Assembly (NCBI RefSeq): GCF_009914755.1
Contig: NC_060931.1
From: the human T2T-CHM13v2.0 reference genome, Homo sapiens
Length of the DNA stretch: 64,000 nt
Strand: one strand, 5' to 3'
The notes beneath the pieces were generated by a model. The model searched no databases, was not told where the DNA came from, and saw nothing but the letters and a program-made list of their open reading frames with translations. Numbering within the stretch: position 1 is the stretch's first letter; every line of letters starts with the position of its first letter. The translations under genes were made by a program, and so were the position numbers. Of the stretch, positions 14,560 to 28,243 are shown one piece after another.

Positions 14560-14952
14560 TGAGTGAGAACTATGGATGCTGCTCCAGCAGTCCTTCTTTA
14601 TACTTGCCTTTTGACTTAAAGAAATCCCCCCACGCCAACCCCTGCCCCTTTCCTTGGCCTGAGATTACTAAAAGAAAAAAGAAAAAGAAGAAGAAAAAAG
14701 AATTCCCCAGAGCTCTTATAAAGAATACAAGATCCTGCTGTATGCTTATGTTAAAGTTACCAGAGATTTACAATATGGGTGTGGTAAGAAACATCACCTG
14801 GGCATCCTAGTGTGACTGTAACTGTATGTGTTTAAAGACTGAGCAACAGGCATCCTCTCGGAGTCTTAGGTTTCTGGTTTCATTTACTACGTACCAGCTG
14901 TTACAGTCACAAGTGGAGCCCAGTTGAGTATTCATGGCATAGATGTTGGGGC

Positions 14953-15150
14953 CAGGACCTCTGTTAGCTCATATGGCATCTTTGTGCAAATTTAGAGAAG
15001 GGTACTGCTTCTTCCTGTCAGCATCATGCCAGGGGCCATGGCTTGGCAAGCAGAATGGAAGCTAAATTTTAGCTCCTGTTCTCCCTTTGTCCGCTTTGCC
15101 AGGTACCCTTCTGCAAGGCACAGCATGGGTAAAAATATGGGCCTGCCCTA
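14953..15150. mobile_element. MER91A-like (hAT-Tip100)
   Basis: ctcatatggcatctttgtgcaaatttagagaaggg...ggcttggcaag...gggcctgccct. Confidence 0.6.
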
Positions 15151-16038
15151 GTTAGAACAGGCTGGTAGAATCTCCAAGGAAAACATCAAGGGCATTTTTT
15201 GGAAATTGAGGAGTGGTTTTGTAGTTGCGGAAACATGGAGTGCTTGAGGAATGTTAAGAGATGAAGGTCTGTGATGGATGGACGGTGGAGGGCCTTGAAA
15301 GAAACACTAAGGACATTTCCTTCTCTCTAATTACAGGACTCTGCCTGGGGGTCAATGGCTTTGGCATGGAAAGGATAACCTGAAAACTTACGGTACCAGA
15401 GCCTTTTCCAAACCAAAGAACAAAGCGGGAGAGGGTGCAGAATAAGGAACTAGATGAGTAGGAGAAGAGGGAAAGTCTGTGGCATGGGCTTCCTCAAGGA
15501 CAGGCAGATGGGGCAGACATTCCTGTTCTAGGGCGGGCCTCCACTGCTAGCTCCCAGATGAGGACTCAATGGGACTTTCCCTTCAAGGAAGCATGGGGGA
15601 GGTTCTTTTAATATTTTCTTCCTCCGAGACAACTCTACATTTGGAGGGTAGTAGGGCAAATTGTTTTTTTCTGTTTTGTACACAGAGACAAGTTCATTTC
15701 TCTTAAATTATACTGGAAGATGAGCTTTTTGCCTATGGCTAACCATATTTCTGCTCCCTTAATTTGGTTACTTTCTAATTGGAGCCAGAGGAAGTACTTG
15801 GACAAACACTGTGATCAAAGGAACTGTTTTCATCCTAGGCTTTCCAATATTACCCGGAAATTCATGGGTAGCCACTTCTGGATTTTGGTTGGAGCTTGGT
15901 TTGTTCCTAGATAGTGTTATGCGAGAGTTAAAAGGAGGGATGTGCAATATTTCCCTCTCTAGAATTCTAGCTGGATTTGTCTGATGTTGACGGTGTTTCT
16001 GTGGCACCCTGCTTCTGGATTAATCCAGTGTCAACCCG

Positions 16039-16065
16039 TAGGAGACGTTAACTCTTTCAGGCTGA
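16039..16065 (+). repeat. 27-bp exact direct repeat, copy 2
   Basis: taggagacgttaactctttcaggctga, identical to 14533-14559. Confidence 0.95.
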
Positions 16066-18149
16066 GAGCCAGTTAAGAAAGCTGACGTGTGATGCTCTTG
16101 TGAACCTGGCCATGTATCAGGGTTTCTCTAAAGGTATAGTTTGTTTTATCCAGTTGTTTGCTATAAAGGAATGTGCTAAATCTTGGAGAAAGGCTGTGGG
16201 TTTTCTGAGCTGCTGCCTTAAAGGAGATAACACATTTTGCGATCTCAGGACTTCCTAGAGAGTGCTTGGCTTTGATCTGAAACTGGAAAGCCTAGTGCTC
16301 TATTGCCCAGGGCTGCTGTGGGCTTTGTGTTACACTTGGAGTGTTAATGACAAAGGAAACAGCCCCCAGGCATCCGATGAAGGGGCTGACTTATTCTCCC
16401 TGAAGTCTGTTCTTGCGGTGCTATTGTAGTTGACTAAGAGATACAGAGCTGAAATTTACCTTGAAAACAGGTACATAATTTACCCAATCCCCAGGTGTAT
16501 AAAATTTGCTTTAGGTTGCTGGGCCTTTTTCTCAGATTCCTTTTCTTAGCTGTCTGTCTCTCCCATTCTCTGTCTTTGTATCTGTTTCTCTGTCTCTGAC
16601 AGCCCCCACTGCCAGCGCTCCCACTTAGTATTTTGGGAAGGAAGTGTGGAAACCCAAAGGTGGAGTCTTTCCCTCAGCTGGTAGTCACCCCCTGCTACCA
16701 GCCTCTATTCATTTCCATCACCCTGTCTTTTAGTGTCCTCCCTGTGAATTTATTTACCACATAAAGGTTTGTTCACACCAGGGCCTCCAAATATTCAGAC
16801 CCGGGTGCTAAAGGATCAGTTTTGTTAAAGCTGCCATATGCTGAAGCCCCCAGTGTCCTTGTTGCCTTTGTTTGGGGAGTTCATCTCCCAGACCTGGCCC
16901 GCCTGGCTCTCCAGGGCAGGCAGGTGGGAGAGAGGAGCTGAGATAGGTGCATTATTAGTGATGCCTTGGGATTCTTAAGGGCTTTTTGTCAGAGGCAGGG
17001 TTATGTAAGGCACTGATAACTCCATTCATTGTAAGGGGCTCCGGGGTGCTTTGCCATTAAAAGCGATTTTCAACCTATTCCCTCCAGTTTAGATTTGTAA
17101 AGGCAAAATGACTGGTCCCTCTGGACCCTCAAGCCGACTTTGCCGACTCTGAGACACGTGCCAACAGAAAGCTGTGGGGTTAGAGACCCTAAGTGAAATT
17201 GGAGCAGGCCAGTAAACCCACTCACTGTGATCTCCTGCTTGTTACTGGGAGCATAAGGCAAATAGCAAATTAGAGAGGGACTCCAGCTTGGCATTAAGGA
17301 CCTTGGAGAAAAGCAAAAGCTCTTTGAAATGGATATAGCATTTCACCAGTCTCCAATGGAGAGATTTTGGGACTGCAGCAATGTGATCAAAAGATGTGGA
17401 ATATGTTAGAGGCTGGCGTAGGCATTCTGTACGAGTTTCAAATTTGTTTCATCTGGGCATTTTTGAGAAGAACACTTGAAATCTTCTTTGTTAGAAGACT
17501 GAAAAAAATTACTATTAGAAGACTGTGGGTGGGTCTTAGCTCATCTATTTAAGATTCCAGGATATATATGTCCTGATTTTTAAGATTAATATCTGGGTAC
17601 CAACACTTAAAACATCCCTGTGACCTGTTCCTCAGCAGTAGAGGTCATGGAGTAGGGGTACAAGCCTGCCTCCTTCTGATGAGGTCAAGACATTTGGTAT
17701 CTGGATAGATAGCAGACTTTGCTGAAGTGCACATTTCACTGATCTCTCTAAGTGAATTTTAAACTGGAGAAGACAGCATGTGCCTGTCTTGTTGCCCTTT
17801 GATTTCCTTTCTTCTCCCCATTACAAATTATATTTTCTTTCATTTCCTTTAGTTATATATTCCCTTTCCCAGGATCTTGCTTATCTCCTTCACATAATTT
17901 TTTGGGATTTTAACAATCTCCTAGTCTTGGTGGTTTATCCCTGAACTGGGTGCATTTACTTCTATCAATCCATATCTCTCTCTTCCTTTAATCATCACTA
18001 TCACACAGTTCTACATTTTCAATTTATCTAAATCTTTCTAGTGCTGGTGTGTTCACATTTCTTGTCTCTTCTCAGTCTCGTGAGCTGCAGTAATTCTGTG
18101 TTGCTTCCAGAGTTGTCAGCACCATCATATTCACTGCCCTGTGAGCATT

Positions 18150-18415
18150 TACTGTACTTGCTGTGCTGAGGTAACCCTCTTCCTTGACCTAGTTCTTGAA
18201 GGCCCCTTTAGGCCAGAGACTTCCATACACACCATCTTTCCCTTCTCTGTAGCATCGTGCACTGTTTATTTGTGTACATCTCTACCTTCCATTGTGAAGT
18301 CTCACCTCTACCAAGGCCAGGAATGGCAGGGTCTTCCCAGCTTCATATCCCTTCTTTCAGAATCTTACAGAGTGCTGTGAATAAATAAACATTTAATAAA
18401 TGTTTGAATCAGAAT
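18150..18415 (+). mobile_element. L2 3' end
   Basis: Ends ...cagagtgctgtg...aataaatgtttgaat, typical of an L2 terminus. Confidence 0.6.
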
Positions 18416-19628
18416 ATCTGCTGAGGCTTAGACCTAATTCCATATATTGCTTGTGAGTGGGCATCATTTTTACCACCTCCCAATCCATGGCTAACCCCCT
18501 TGACTGCTCTGACAGCCATCTTGACTTGAGCCAATGTGCTGGTATCTAACTATCTCCGGAGGGAGGTTTTACACTCCTGTTTTTTACTGCTTCCTAATTG
18601 GATTGCTTGTTTTGCTGGCTAGGTCACACATGGCTGTTTTCTGTAGGCACTTCTTCTTCTACACTCCCAGTTTTAATCTAGTTGCTGCCATTGGGTTGAC
18701 TCGCCCTGCCTCTCTCTGTGTGGTGGTTTTCCTCATAATGTATATTCCATTAGCACAGAGAAGATTGAGTTCAGTCCACCAGAGGGGTTAATTTCAGGAT
18801 TTTAAGTGCTTTTGAAGATTGGTCCCCAATTGACTTTCTTTCAGCACCTCTACTCTGATTCAGGCTTTTCTGAATATCTTCCTTTCATAGTAGTTCAGGT
18901 ATCTTGATTCATTGAAGTTTATAGTTGCAGTTTTTACTGAGGGGTATATATATATATTTTACTGTTGTCGACCTTGTTGGTTGTCAGATTATTTCTTTGC
19001 TTGGAACTAATTTTAAAATCAATTAGAGATCTCTCCCTTCATCTTTCTCTTTTATTTATGAGATACTGATTGCAGAGCTACCTACACTGTGTTTAGATAA
19101 ATTACTTTTTTTTTTTTTTTTTTTTTTACATAACATTTATATTCAAGGCAAGTTTAGTGCAGTCATCCAGTGCTTCGCATTTTTGCAGGCTGGGCTGTAG
19201 GTTTCATTCCTTGGTGGGCTAATTAGCTTTGTACTGGGAAAATTTTGTGCAATTCAGAAACCAAACATTTAAGTTCCTTGTGTACTTTAGGCACTGTAGG
19301 TCTGGGAAATTATTTTTATGAATAAGGTGTTTATAATTTTAGGATCCATATCTCTAATCCTGACAAGTATGTGTGTGTGTTGTGGTCGGTCACCAGGTAG
19401 ACTTTAGACTGGATGATGGATTATGGATGAAGCAGCATCATTTCTGTCACTGTTCTAGAAAAAAGCTTTTCATAACCGAGACTGGAATGGGAAGCTGAAG
19501 GACACAAATGATTTCCCTACCAGATGACAGGCCAATTGCTTAGGCATATTTTTGATGTCACTTTTCATTTTAGCCTTCCTCTGAAAATCTACGGTCAATT
19601 TATGGGCTGTTCACATTGGACAGCTCTT

Positions 19629-19931
19629 TATTTATTTATTTATTTGAGACAAAGTCTCGCTCTTGTTGCCCAGGCTGTAGTGCAATGTGGCGATCTCGGG
19701 TCACCACAGCCTCTGCCTCTGCCTCTGCCTTCAAGCGATTCTCCTGTCTCAGCCTCCCGAGTAGCTGGGATTACAGGCATGAGCCACCACATCCAGCTAA
19801 TTTTGTATTTTTAGTAGAGATGGTGTTTCTCCATGTTGGTTAGGCTGGTCTCAAACTCCGACCTCAGGTGATCCACCCGCCCCGGCTTCCCAAAGTGCTG
19901 GGATTACAGGTGTGAGCCACCGCGCCCAGCC
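19629..19931 (-). mobile_element. AluS (Sq/Sp-like) with (TTTA)n tail
   Basis: Full dimer. 16-bp TSD acattggacagctctt at 19613-19628 and 19934-19949. Internal (gcctct)3 expansion. Confidence 0.95.
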
Positions 19932-22900
19932 TGACATTGGACAGCTCTTAGTCTCACCATCTACTCTGATATCCGTCTGTTTTTGGCAAATGCCTTTGCC
20001 TGGTTTAGTAGTGTATTGGTGGCCACCAAGGAGTATTGCTGTTTCACAGTAGGGTCTCTATTCAGTTTAGCTGTGAAGACATTCTGGAGACTTTGTCTTC
20101 CTTGCCTTTTCATTTCTCTGCTAGAAGCCACTTGATGTAATAGCCTTCATCCTTGTTTCACTTTATTGGGCAATTAGTGTGGATAAGCAGAAATATCCCC
20201 TTTATGTGTGTTCAGACATTGGTCTCAGAATCTGCTTACCTCTGCTGTCCTGCTGGTTCTGGATAGCCCACATGATGGACGCCTGTAGTTCTGCTGTAAA
20301 ATACTTTTTCATTGTTTTCTGCATTTTTTTCTCCTTCTCTACTCAGTTTGATTTTTCTGGGTCATGTAGATTTGTCATTTCTTCAGATCTGTTGCTAACT
20401 AAATGTCTAGCACATAGTTGATACTCAGGTGTTAGATAGTGTCTCATTGCATCCTCATTGGGGGCCTTTACTCATTATTCATAGTTTGGGGATATAGGGA
20501 TGGGCAGAATATGCTGACACTTGGCTTTCTGATTCTACCACTCTGCCTTTCCTAGGACATGTTCCTCATCACTACTGGGAACGCGGGACTTTTTTCACAT
20601 GCTGTTGTCTTTTGTAAGGTGGGCCACAATTAGGAGAAAGCCACATTCATATTCGTATGGAGCTGCCTTTAGCAGCATCTGCTTCTCCAGCTGGAGAGGC
20701 TTGTTTTAGAACGACTGGCATGCGGAAGCGGTAGGTGGAGGTCTGGGAGGAGCTGCGTAGCCAGGGCTCCCCTTCCAGCCTCCCGTCTCCCTTAGGCTCT
20801 TTCTGGCCTGAGGCATGGTCGCCATGGGTGGGGGCACTGCCCGCCCGATTCTGGTTGGACCCCCTTTCCTCTACTTCATACCGCAGCTGCTGTGAGCGAG
20901 TGCACTGTGCTCTGCACAGGAGAATTGGCAGACAGTTCCATATGCTGGTTTTGGCCATTGGGACATTCAGGATTATTAGGCCAGTTTGTACTTTAAGAGG
21001 AGGGAGACTTGACATCGCTCAAAGCAGCTTATTTTATTTATTTCTATTTCTTATAAAGGGGAAAGAAGCTAGCCCAGCCCTTAGCTGTTCCTTTCAACGT
21101 AGCCGGCTCAACGTTTTCCTCAGGAAAACATGCAGGGTTCCTCACAGCTGCTTGAGCCAGGCTCTGTCCTTCCTTCGCAGATTGCCCCGTGGCTGCCTGC
21201 CTCTTCACTCTCCTAAAGCTTTTTGGCTTTACCTTCCTTCCCTCACTCCTCCCAGTCTTCCCTCAGAGGACTGACTGGTTCTTTCAGCCTAGACACTCCT
21301 GTTTGCCTGCCAAGTTACCCTTCTTCCGGAGGTGCATAGCCTCAGCACTGTCAGAGTTCAGGAAAACAGAAGCTCCTCCAGTGAGAAGCCAGTTAATAAC
21401 AGCTTTTGGACCCATTGTTGTTATTATTAGATATCCATAAAATCTAGCAGGTAGAGAACCGTCACTGGGGCTCTGCTGGAGAGATATGTCTCAATCCTAA
21501 AAGATACAAATTAGTCCCAGAGTACCTGATACCGTAGACGGAACCTGACAAACTGGAAACTCAGTGTGATAAAATCCTATAACCTTTCATCTCTCACCCC
21601 CATCACCCAGTAAGAAGTGCATTCTCAGGGCAGAAGCTAATGGTGTTGAATGTCTCTCTCTTGTCTCTTTATCTAGGAATACAGTGGAGTGTGCTCCTGT
21701 GGGAACACGCTGTCTCTTTGCCTTTGTGCCCACCCCAGAGATGGTGGATCTGGAGACTTCGGCCCTTTTGGCCAAGCACATTGTCTTCCTCCACCTGATG
21801 GTTCTCAAAAGTTTTGTTTGTTTCTTTGTTTGCTTTTGCGTTTTGACTTGCCAGCATTTCTGGAAGTATCTGAATGGTAAGAGTATAGGTATGTGCTCCT
21901 GCTACTTTAGTTGTCATCTGGATTTCTTTGAATTACCTTCCCCATGCCACACTGTGGTTCCTTCCATTTCTACCTGCTACCCTCCCTCTTGGAGTGCAGA
22001 GGGAATTTGTAAACTTGGGTTTGAATGATGAGGTCATTTCTGACCAACACAATTTGGTCGTTCTATTAGTTGTTCCTGCAGACCTTACAAAGGAGTATGT
22101 TGCTGTTCTTATATGCCCTTGTCTTGTGTTGTTCAAAAATCCTCTGTGCTATGCTTTGGATGCTGCATGAGCCTGCAAATGAATGCTTAGCATTGTTGAA
22201 GTTGACTGCTGCCCTTTAGCTGTCTGGCTTTGGGTTCAGCCAGAAAGAGTGGCATCTTTAACCTGAGTCACTTTTTAAAACATGGACAACAACGAAACTG
22301 TATTCTAGTTTTCTTGAGCAACCACATTTAAGCTGCTTATTAAATACAATTTTATATTCTAGAAAACTACATTTGTACAGTTTAAGCAAGACCAATATTC
22401 TTCTGCTCCTAGAAGAAGTTAAGTAAATTTATATCTTAATTGGTAAAATCTCTAAATCTGTAGTTTGTAGGTATTGATTTCAAGAAGACACCTCACTGAT
22501 CACAGAAACGAGTGGATGCTGCATGCTCATGGTATGGCACAGTGTTCTTCATTCTGGCTTGTTTGTAATGTCAGGTTTCAACTTTGGTGTTTGTAAATAG
22601 TGGCGGGAGGTTTCAAAACTCCAGTTGTTTAGAGACTGTAAGATTTACTTCCTTGATGCCTATGGAAGGAATCAGGCTTTAGACAGCTGTGGTTCAAGAT
22701 ACTTTTTTCAGCTTCTTTCTCATTCCCTTTTTCACATCCATCTTTAACTTTCTCTCTCTCTCTTCCCTCCCCCTAGCTTGGTCTTCATTATTACTGTCTT
22801 GGTGTTGGTCAGGATTAATATAAGGGAGTGAGGAAAGAAGAGGTTAGTTTTATTTCCCCTTTTCTCCCTTTACCTTAAGTCCACATTGACTCTATTTTCT

Positions 22901-23577
22901 GCCTAATTGTAACCTACTGCCATGGATAATTGAGGGATGGAAAGTCCCTCACGGTATTTGAGGTTACTGATCTTAATGCAGTAGAGGACTGGGAAGATGT
23001 AAAATCTAAGGAAGCAGTTTTGACTCTCCCATCCCCATGCTTTGTATATCTTTCAGTGATCATGGTGTCCCTAAAGTGATTTTTGAACAGTTCTGAAGCT
23101 GAGGAGTAGGGACTCTTTGTTATTTCTGGCTGCAGTTTGACTTTGGTACATCTGTCTTTTACCTAGGTCCCCTTCCCTGCTAGGGAAATTATGTCCATAT
23201 ATATGGTTCTAAGGTATCCCCTGATGCAAAGTTTTACAAGGGCAAATCATTTGATTGTTAACTGTTAGATAGATTCACTGCAAATATGGCTGCCCAACAT
23301 TATTGCTTCTCATTTGCTACAAACGAGCTCCAAGCCTTCTGGGTTTGCACAGGACTGCTCTGAGGACAAAGATTAAGTGGATTTCTGTTGATGCCATATA
23401 TTTTGATTGCACAGCAGAGTCGCATTGTGTATTTGGGGCCTGCCACTGACTGCCACTGCCCTTCTTTTCATGGTTTCTCTCCCTCCCCTCCCTCTAAGCC
23501 CTAGCTGAGAGGCACAGGTGCATGCCCTGTTGACTCTCATGGTGAAATCTAGTTGAGCTTTTCCCCTAGAGTAGAGG

Positions 23578-23702
23578 CCAGATCAGTTTTTCTTAAGATG
23601 TAGTTCATAAGCTACTTGTGTTAAAATCTCTGATCGGAATGTTCATTTTTCACAATTGCCAGGTATCTCTACTGCACTTCAGCTTGAGAACCACCGTTCT
23701 AG
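23578..23702. mobile_element. MER5-family fragment
   Basis: cagtttttctt...gcttgagaaccaccgttctaga. Confidence 0.5.
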
Positions 23703-25095
23703 ATTGTTGCTCTTACCAATGGAAGAGTGTGGGCTTACTAAAGCTCTATCTCCAGGATTTTCGTCTCTGACAATGCAATTTTTCTTTTCTGAGCCAGACT
23801 TTAGTGCAGTAATATCTCTGCAATTTCCTGTGTGAGATTCCCCGCTCCAGGTCTCAGAGCCAGATGCTAAGCAGACATGTCCCTCTTAGCTTAGAACATC
23901 TCCTGAGGATTCCAGTGAAAGGAGATATAAGAGTTCTGCCTGAAGAAATTTATCTGCTTCAGAGAACAGAGTTCTCTAGGGAATAGTAGAGTTTCTTAGG
24001 GTTTATAACATACTATTTGAGCTGATGTTTAGGTGGGGCCTGCTATTTACAGTTTCAGGTTGAATTTTACGTCATGATAAAAAGAGAAAAGGTTTATGAA
24101 GTGGTGCCTTGTTAGATCTGGGGTCACACCTCATGTGCAATTATATTAGCTGAACTCGGTAAGGCAGAGAAAAGGATGCAGGTTAAAGAACGTGCTTGCC
24201 TCCAGCGTGTGCAGGCAGCCCTCAAATGGTTGGAAGAAAATACAGGTGCTTTATGGTACATAGAGAGAACGTAGGAGCTTGATGGCGGTTCAGGATACAG
24301 CACAGCAAAATCCTCAAGCACCTTCTGAACTGTGACTGGCACCCTAACACAGTGTGCAGGTTTAGTGTTAGCGGACGATCTGTGTTAGGACTGACGGAGG
24401 AAATCTTGTCCTTGTTCTGAGGCCTTACAGTAGTCTTCTGCCGAGTTCTTTTCAGGACTCAGCTCTGAGCATTACAGGATGAGAAATGCTGTCTGTTAGA
24501 CTAATTATCTGATTTATGCTAAATAAATGCACAGATGTGATTTAAAAGTCAGTTTTGGGTTTATTAATTTATGATGCAATTTCCAGCTGCCAGACAGACC
24601 AGAATATTTTGATGGGCCAAGGGCATTCTTTTTGTGGAGGAAGTTTGCTTATTATTTACAGAGTCTGAGTAAAGGAGGTTGCTGGATACTGAGGAAAACT
24701 GAGGTGACCCTGAGTATGTGCCTGGCCCAGGTAGAGCGTGAGGTGCTGGGCATGCACTATTTTGTTGACTCCTCTACCCCGTCCTTGGGAGAATAATGAC
24801 AACTTGCTCAGGGTTCCTTCTCTGGTAAGTGGAGGAACCAGGATTCGAATTGCCTCCAAAAGTGCCACCTGGACCTGGAGGTTGGTTGGGTGGGTTGGTG
24901 GTCTTCTCCTTAGTATTGAGTGGACTTCTTCCTAAGCTCCTGTTTTTCAGGATTTCCACTATCTACCAGAAGCTGTAACTGGCTGTCTTTGTTACTGTAA
25001 CACGTGCTTTCTTATTTTAACATATTTTTACAAATGAAAATATTTCCTACAACCACTTTTGGAGGCACCATAATTTATATCAAGAGAGGCTCTAG

Positions 25096-25250
25096 GGCTG
25101 GGCATGGTGGCTCATGCCTGTAATCCTAGCACTTTGGGAGGCCGAGAGAGGAGGATTGCTTCAGGCTAGGAGTTCCAGGCCAGCCCTGGCAACATAGTGA
25201 GACCCCCATCTCTATAAAAAAGAAAAATATACCTTTAATTTAAAAAAAAG
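25096..25250 (+). mobile_element. FLAM_C / Alu left monomer
   Basis: ggctgggcatggtggctcatgcc...gagacccccatctct followed by an A-rich tail; agaggct on both flanks. Confidence 0.88.
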
Positions 25251-25268
25251 AGGCTGTAACTTTTCTAA

Positions 25269-25646
<378 letters not shown>

Positions 25647-26896
25647 TGATCTCATGGTTTAAAAGAGTGAGGCCAACTCTGTGCAGAGACTGAATTCTCC
25701 CTTTTTAATAGAGTCTCAATACTAGTCATTTTTGTACAGTTTCTGAGCCCTGAGAGTACCTGCTTCTAAATAGTTCATTGTCAATTTAATTTTCATTCAT
25801 TATTTTCACACATTAACCCCAATAGATAGATGGCTTGCGTTTCTGCTTTCATCTTCTCTGCCCTAGAAATTTTCCTGATTATAAATGTGACATAATCACT
25901 TTATAAATTTGGGAAAATTTAAAGAAGAAAATACAAATTACTTAAATTTAACTGCCCAGAGGCAACATCACAACTGTTAATAATCGCAAGGCCTTCTCAC
26001 TAGCTTCTCTGTTCATGTTTTATAACTGAGAATTTCTTCTGGCCTTTAAATAATTTCCTGAAACATGATTTTTAATGGCTATGCAGTTGTTAATGTGGAC
26101 GTGTCATAATTTAACCAGCTTTCACCTATTTTTGGATATATCAGTTATTTCCAATTTTTATGATTATATCTTTGTTCTTAAAATGAAAATTTGCCTTGAA
26201 GTACAAAGCATTAAACGGTCTGTTCAGATCAGAGGTAGCTCTTAGGTAAGTTGTGCTGTCGTACAATGTATGCGGTTTGTACCACAGATACATGTTCCCA
26301 GAGGGGCTGATATTTAGTCCTGCTGGCAGTACACTCTCTAATCACCTAATTCCTTATCTATTTGTGTTATTTAGAAGCAGGCTGTGATCCAGGCCCTTTG
26401 TGTTTTGTTGCCAGAATGCCCATCCCCCCAAACAGCTGAACTTGCTGCTTCTGAAATAAAGGGTAGAGTGGATAGGTACATCTTCTCCTGGGGACCACTG
26501 CTCTTTTCTGTTGCCCTGGCTGGGAACCGGTGAGATGTTTTATGGGAACACAAAGGCTCCCGTGGCAGCTTCATGCATGCAGCCTGCAGTATTTACTTGT
26601 TTTGGCCGATAAGCTGCTCTGTCGGGTACTTCTACAGTGCACTTGTGAGTATTTGCACAATTACATTACAGATTATTAAATTGCCCCCTATTGTGATAAA
26701 AACAGTCACCCCCAAGTAAGTGTATGTAAAGCAATTATATGTAATTAAAATATAAGAGCATAAGTGACCAGTAGATAATTAAAATCACTGTTGCTAAAGA
26801 AATATACCACACCCTGACCTTGAGGAGGATGATGCTGCCAGTTCAGGGTTGGCAGGAAATCAGACAAATGAGGGTTCTCCCCAGCTGTTCTGTCTA

Positions 26897-27241
<345 letters not shown>

Positions 27242-27296
27242 AAGAAGTGGTATGGTATGTATAGGGGGGTTATGGCTCACATTGTTGAGATCTCTA

Positions 27297-27512
27297 CAGG
27301 TTTAGTATCCCCTGTCTAAAGTGGTTGGGACCAGAAGTGATTCGGATTTTGGATTTTGGAGTATTTGAATGTGCTCACTAGATGAGGATCCCTAGTAGGA
27401 AAATCTGAAATCTGAAATGTTCCCATGAGTATTTCTTTTGAGTATTATGTTGGCATTCAAAGAGTTTCAGCAGTTGAGCATTTTGATTTTTGGATTAGGG
27501 ATACTCAACCTG
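27297..27512. mobile_element. Tigger4a/MER46A (TcMar MITE)
   Basis: TIRs caggtttagtatccc / gggatactcaacctg, flanked by TA. Confidence 0.88.
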
Positions 27513-27934
27513 TATAACCTAGAGTCCGCATCTCAAATACACTTTAAGGCAAGAGGGCAGCCATTGACAAATGCAGACCCAGGGACAGTGTACTGTCTGT
27601 GTTCCATGTCACTCAACAATTGAGCTGCTCATTTTTTACTGGCTTAATATTCTGGTTTGATGCCTGGAAAGCATAGAGAATGTTACAGTAATCCAACCCA
27701 GAAGTGACTATAACTCTATATGGTTAGCATGTATATGGCATTATGAGAAAACACTCTCAGATCCTCTAGAGTGTTCACATGTTCAGCTTTGTATCTTCTC
27801 TAATTATTTTTCATGTGTCCTTTCTCACTGTGGGCAGCTTCTCCTCCCACCCCCAAGGACTGGTAGGTACATTGATTACTCCTAGTGCATTCTCTTAGCC
27901 ACTGGAAGTCTCGCTCTGGCCTTCCTAAAAGGTG

Positions 27935-28243
<309 letters not shown>

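Noticed and set aside
14533-16065. 27-bp repeats as a CRISPR array, att sites or a TSD
   Set aside because: Only two copies 1.5 kb apart in a primate intron; no integrase, cas gene, poly-A tail or single element between them.
18776-18789. CTCF-like CCACCAGAGGGG
   Set aside because: Lacks the conserved GGC(A/G) end; a motif alone is insufficient.
20735-21274. Longest ORF in the track (179 aa)
   Set aside because: GTG start, no recognisable domain, low-complexity L/S/P composition; explained by local GC content.
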